From Bacteroidales bacterium (GTDB taxonomy: Bacteria; Bacteroidota; Bacteroidia; Bacteroidales; UBA10428), in the NCBI GenBank assembly GCA_016938095.1, contig JAFGVG010000191.1, forward strand, positions 1 to 31,583: a stretch of DNA of 31,583 bases, read 5' to 3'. Shown piece after piece: positions 28,480 to 31,583 of this stretch. Numbering within the stretch: the first letter of the stretch is position 1; every line of letters starts with the position of its first letter. The notes below the pieces were generated by a model. That model worked only from the letters and a program-made list of their open reading frames with translations. It did not search any database and had not been told where the DNA came from. Both the position numbers and the translations under genes were made by a program.

Positions 28480-29220
28480 CTATTGAAAAATCCTGAAGCG
28501 AAATAATCCGGTTCGTTGTAACAGATAAGAAACTGATACACCCAGCACACCCAGTCCGTATTTTATGCTGCGCCGGATATTAATGGACGATGCATCATCG
28601 AAGTAACGGGTGGGACAGGTTATTTCGGCAATTTCAAAACCTGCGTAAAAAATCTGCGCCAACATCTGGTTATCGAATACAAAGTCGTCAGAATTCAATT
28701 GATATTTAACCTTCTGCAAAACATTGCCCGAAAAAGCCCTGTAGCCGGTGTGGTACTCCGACAACTTTTGGTTCATCAGTATATTCTGTGCTAAAGTTAG
28801 CAACCGGTTGGCAATGTATTTATAAAGCGGCATGCCGCCTTTTAATGCGCCCTTACCCAGAATTCTGGATCCAAGCACCACTTCGTAAACGCCGTTGGCA
28901 ATAAGGTAGCAAATCGAGTGGATTAATTTGGGAGAATATTGATAATCGGGGTGCAACATTACCACAATGTCCGATTTAAGCTCAAGTGCCTTGTCGTAAC
29001 AGGTTTTCTGGTTTCCTCCATAACCTTTGTTTTCGGCATGCAGCACAACATGTTTTATGCCCAGTTCCCGTGCAAGCCTCACGGTGTTGTCCCTGCTGCG
29101 GTCGTCTACCAGTATCACATGGTCGACAATGTCGAAGGGTATTTCGTGATAGGTTTGTTCAAGTGTTTTTTCGGCATTGTATGCCGGTAGAACCACCGTA
29201 ATTGTTTTATTATTGATCAT
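28480..29220 (-). CDS. GT2-family glycosyltransferase (polyprenyl-phosphate glycosyltransferase-like)
   Basis: VVLPAYNAE, ILVDDRSRD, NKGYGGNQK, VMLHPDYQY, VLGSR and YHTGYRAF. Start placed at ATG 29220. Confidence 0.92.
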   Translation of the reverse strand: MINNKTITVVLPAYNAEKTLEQTYHEIPFDIVDHVILVDDRSRDNTVRLARELGIKHVVLHAENKGYGGNQKTCYDKALELKSDIVVMLHPDYQYSPKLIHSICYLIANGVYEVVLGSRILGKGALKGGMPLYKYIANRLLTLAQNILMNQKLSEYHTGYRAFSGNVLQKVKYQLNSDDFVFDNQMLAQIFYAGFEIAEITCPTRYFDDASSINIRRSIKYGLGVLGVSVSYLLQRTGLFRFRIFQ

Positions 29221-29230
29221 TCTCTGCTTT

Positions 29231-30883
29231 TTATGGCTGTATGCCTGGTTTTCTGCTGAAGAAAACAAAGCCGTTTTCTTCATACATGTATTCAATATGC
29301 GGGAATTCTTTTATAAATTTCTCTTTCCGGCTGATTTTTACGGAAAAATATGCCGGTTTATCTATATCACCCGTCAGCAGCCACGATTTGTCGCGAGCTT
29401 TCTCATGAGTGTGGTTGCGAATACGACCGTAAAAAAGATGGGCATAACTTTTATAGCCAATGGTTTCAAGGTATGCATCCTCCCGGCTCACCGACCGGAA
29501 AAAGTCAATGGCAGCCCGTTGCGAATACGCTTCGATACGGGGCACGATCAGGTACATGGCCAGGAACATGAACAAGGGCAATGTTGCTGTGATGACAAGT
29601 GTTGGTTTAAGCATACTTCCTTTTCTGGAAAAGAAGGCAAACGCAGCAATTCCGGCCAGAAGCAGCACACCTGCAGCAAATTCGTAACCCTTCCAACCAG
29701 CATCGGCTTCGAGACAGCCAATGGCAAATGGATCACTGACCCAGCCCCTGCTGATTAACCATGCCTTATACTTTTCGATATAAGTAATGCCTATGGTTCC
29801 GACTGCCAGTATAGCACCCATGAATACAACAAGCAGGATGATGGTTTTTCGCCATTTTGCTGACAAGCTGTTCCAATGGTAAACCGACCATGCGGCCAGA
29901 AAGGTGAGCGGAAAATAACAGAGCGATGAATAATGTACAATTTTTGTTTTTACTATGGTAAATACCACCAGCACCACCCAAAACAGGATCATCATCCATT
30001 TACGGAATTCGTCGGGGCTTTCCTTTTTCCGGGGTAAGCCAATCAGCGAAGGAAGGGCAAAGAGTGAGGCGGGAAAAACGCCAATAAGCAGTATTACCAA
30101 GTGATACAGCAAAAACCCGCCATGACCTGCATCTTTGGTGCGGAACAGACGTATCTGGTATTCGATGAAATCGACTATAATACTGTAATTTCCGCTGAGC
30201 ATCTGAAGGATAAACCAAAAACCTCCTGTAAAGGCAAGTACCAGCGTAAAAGCCATTACATCGCGAAACCTGATAGCAATCCTGAATTTGTTAATAACCA
30301 GCACAATTCCGGTTGTAATGGCAAACAATAGCAGTGCAACCGGACCTTTGGTTAAGATGGCCAGACCAATAAAAAGACCGGAAAGAACAGCGTACTGAAA
30401 CTTGCTGCCGGCATCAGAAAAGTACCTGTACATTTGGTATGTGCCCAGAAAAATAAACAGGTTAAACCATGGGTCAATGATACCCGATTTGAAATATAAG
30501 AAGGGTAGCACCGACCCGGCATATAGCAAAGTCCATAGGAGACCGAAGGTTGTATCTTTCAGTCGACGGCCGATATTAAACAATACCAATAAAGTAACTA
30601 TACCGCAAAGCGCATTCGGAAAACGTGCAGCAAATTCTCCGACGCCGAATATTTTCATGGAAAGCGCCTGCATCCAAATGAACAGGGGTGGTTTTTCCCA
30701 GAAAGGTATGAAATTGATTTGCACGGTAAGATAATCGCCACTGCTGATCATTTCACGTGCCGATTCTGCGAAGTTTATTTCATCCCAGTCGAACAGGTTC
30801 ACTTCGCCCAGAAAGGGCATAAAAAGCAATGCCGCAAGGGCAGCTATCAAAGCCTGGTAAAGTCCTGGCCGGTTATTATGCAT
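29231..30883 (-). CDS. ArnT-like (GT39/GT83, GT-C) lipid-linked-donor glycosyltransferase
   Basis: FDWDEINFAESAREM, FWEKPPLFIW, ARFPNAL, LAILTKGPVA and HYSSLCYFPL, with many TM segments. Start placed at ATG 30883, which overlaps the PAP2 stop (ATGCATAA). Confidence 0.9.
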   Translation of the reverse strand: MHNNRPGLYQALIAALAALLFMPFLGEVNLFDWDEINFAESAREMISSGDYLTVQINFIPFWEKPPLFIWMQALSMKIFGVGEFAARFPNALCGIVTLLVLFNIGRRLKDTTFGLLWTLLYAGSVLPFLYFKSGIIDPWFNLFIFLGTYQMYRYFSDAGSKFQYAVLSGLFIGLAILTKGPVALLLFAITTGIVLVINKFRIAIRFRDVMAFTLVLAFTGGFWFILQMLSGNYSIIVDFIEYQIRLFRTKDAGHGGFLLYHLVILLIGVFPASLFALPSLIGLPRKKESPDEFRKWMMILFWVVLVVFTIVKTKIVHYSSLCYFPLTFLAAWSVYHWNSLSAKWRKTIILLVVFMGAILAVGTIGITYIEKYKAWLISRGWVSDPFAIGCLEADAGWKGYEFAAGVLLLAGIAAFAFFSRKGSMLKPTLVITATLPLFMFLAMYLIVPRIEAYSQRAAIDFFRSVSREDAYLETIGYKSYAHLFYGRIRNHTHEKARDKSWLLTGDIDKPAYFSVKISRKEKFIKEFPHIEYMYEENGFVFFSRKPGIQP

Positions 30884-31538
30884 GCTGATCATGTCGGGTA
30901 ATTTTTTGAAGTGACCAGGCATGCCATGTTCGTTCATGCCGGTAATAAAGCAGGTAAAACCCCAGGGTGCCCAATACGCCAATGGCCGAACCTGCAACTG
31001 TATCGATGAGAAAATGCTGCGACAGATAAATACGTGAAAAGGCTACAGTGCATGCCACCAAAAAACAAAGCGATTTAATTGCTGCATTGTTGGAAATTAG
31101 TGCCAGGCTGAGAAAGAGCGCGAATGCGCTGGTCGAATGTCCGGAAGGGAAACTGTAGCTGCCAAGCATTTTTACACCATCAACCAGGTGAAGAGTGGTG
31201 GTATCGCCAAAGTACGATGTTGGTCTGTCAACCTGGTGAAAAACAAGTCTTTTAAGTATTTGTGTGATCAGTCCGGTTGAAAAATAGGCGGTTATCAGAA
31301 AAACAACATGCCGGAGCGAAAAGAACAATAAAAACAGCACCGGAACAATCAGAAACAGGCCATCGCCCAGGAAAGTGGCATACCTGAAGAACCAGTCTGC
31401 AAAAGGTGAATGAATTTTATTGATGGTTAGATGGATATCTGGTTTTGGGTAGATCAATAACACAGGAATCACCGCAAGTATCAGAAGCAGGTAAGGGATG
31501 AGAAATAAACGGTTATCTTTCAGTGTTTTATATAACAT
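30876..31538 (-). CDS. PAP2-family membrane phosphatase
   Basis: C1 KRLVFHQVDRP, C2 SFPSGH and C3 SRIYLSQHFLID motifs in a hydrophobic 220-aa protein. Confidence 0.92.
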   Translation of the reverse strand: MLYKTLKDNRLFLIPYLLLILAVIPVLLIYPKPDIHLTINKIHSPFADWFFRYATFLGDGLFLIVPVLFLLFFSLRHVVFLITAYFSTGLITQILKRLVFHQVDRPTSYFGDTTTLHLVDGVKMLGSYSFPSGHSTSAFALFLSLALISNNAAIKSLCFLVACTVAFSRIYLSQHFLIDTVAGSAIGVLGTLGFYLLYYRHERTWHAWSLQKITRHDQHA

Positions 31539-31554
31539 GACCTCATTTTAGCGG

Positions 31555-31562
31555 CAAAAATA
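31555..31562 (-). promoter_or_regulatory. -7 promoter box upstream of the PAP2 gene
   Basis: The minus strand reads TATTTTTG (TAnnTTTG), 16 nt upstream of the ATG at 31538. Confidence 0.55.
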
Positions 31563-31583
31563 CAGTATTAATTGATAAAAAAA

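Noticed and set aside
279-30901. Numerous 60-190 aa ORFs antisense or out of frame within assigned genes (e.g. 815..1141, 11840..12244, 17381..17860, 26933..27316, 29177..29758)
   Set aside because: They lie inside well-supported CDSs and show no recognisable motifs, so they are treated as shadow ORFs.
2690-30997. Longest-ORF starts for rnz (2690), STAS2 (16789), gcvT (17354), methyltransferase (20090), recG (20072), GT2 (29295) and ArnT (30997)
   Set aside because: They create overlaps with neighbouring genes or promoters and add non-homologous N-terminal sequence; downstream ATGs fit better.
1-31583. Prophage, IS element, integrase, rRNA or tRNA genes
   Set aside because: No transposase, integrase or phage-like ORFs were found. 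The four larger intergenic gaps contain no tRNA T-loop or cloverleaf signature.

Overview
Chromosomal window from a Bacteroidota bacterium, probably Bacteroidales-like. The basis is TAnnTTTG -7 promoter boxes, AT-rich leaders with no Shine-Dalgarno, and the gene content. The left part is a + strand housekeeping run: rpsA, STAS protein, rnz, guaA, S41 protease, pnuC, NadR-type kinase and a THUMP RNA methyltransferase. Next come an orphan siaB-siaC Thr-kinase pair, a convergent 1031-aa fused ABCG-like exporter with unusual N-terminal domains, clpB with a sigma54-like promoter and paired dyads, an Hpt-STAS pair, gcvT, an ABC ATPase with a methyltransferase, and recG. The right 9 kb is a - strand cluster: PAP2 phosphatase, ArnT-like GT-C and GT2, then a tightly coupled four-gene operon. 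That operon encodes an M49 metallopeptidase lipoprotein, a DUF6057-like membrane/helical-repeat protein, a CxxCH-bearing PD40 beta-propeller lipoprotein and an FkbO/Hyg5-type chorismatase-like enzyme. It is the best candidate for an undescribed system, and the SiaBC/ABC pair is second. I found no rRNA, tRNA, CRISPR array or transposase. All family calls come from motif recognition by eye, not database searches.
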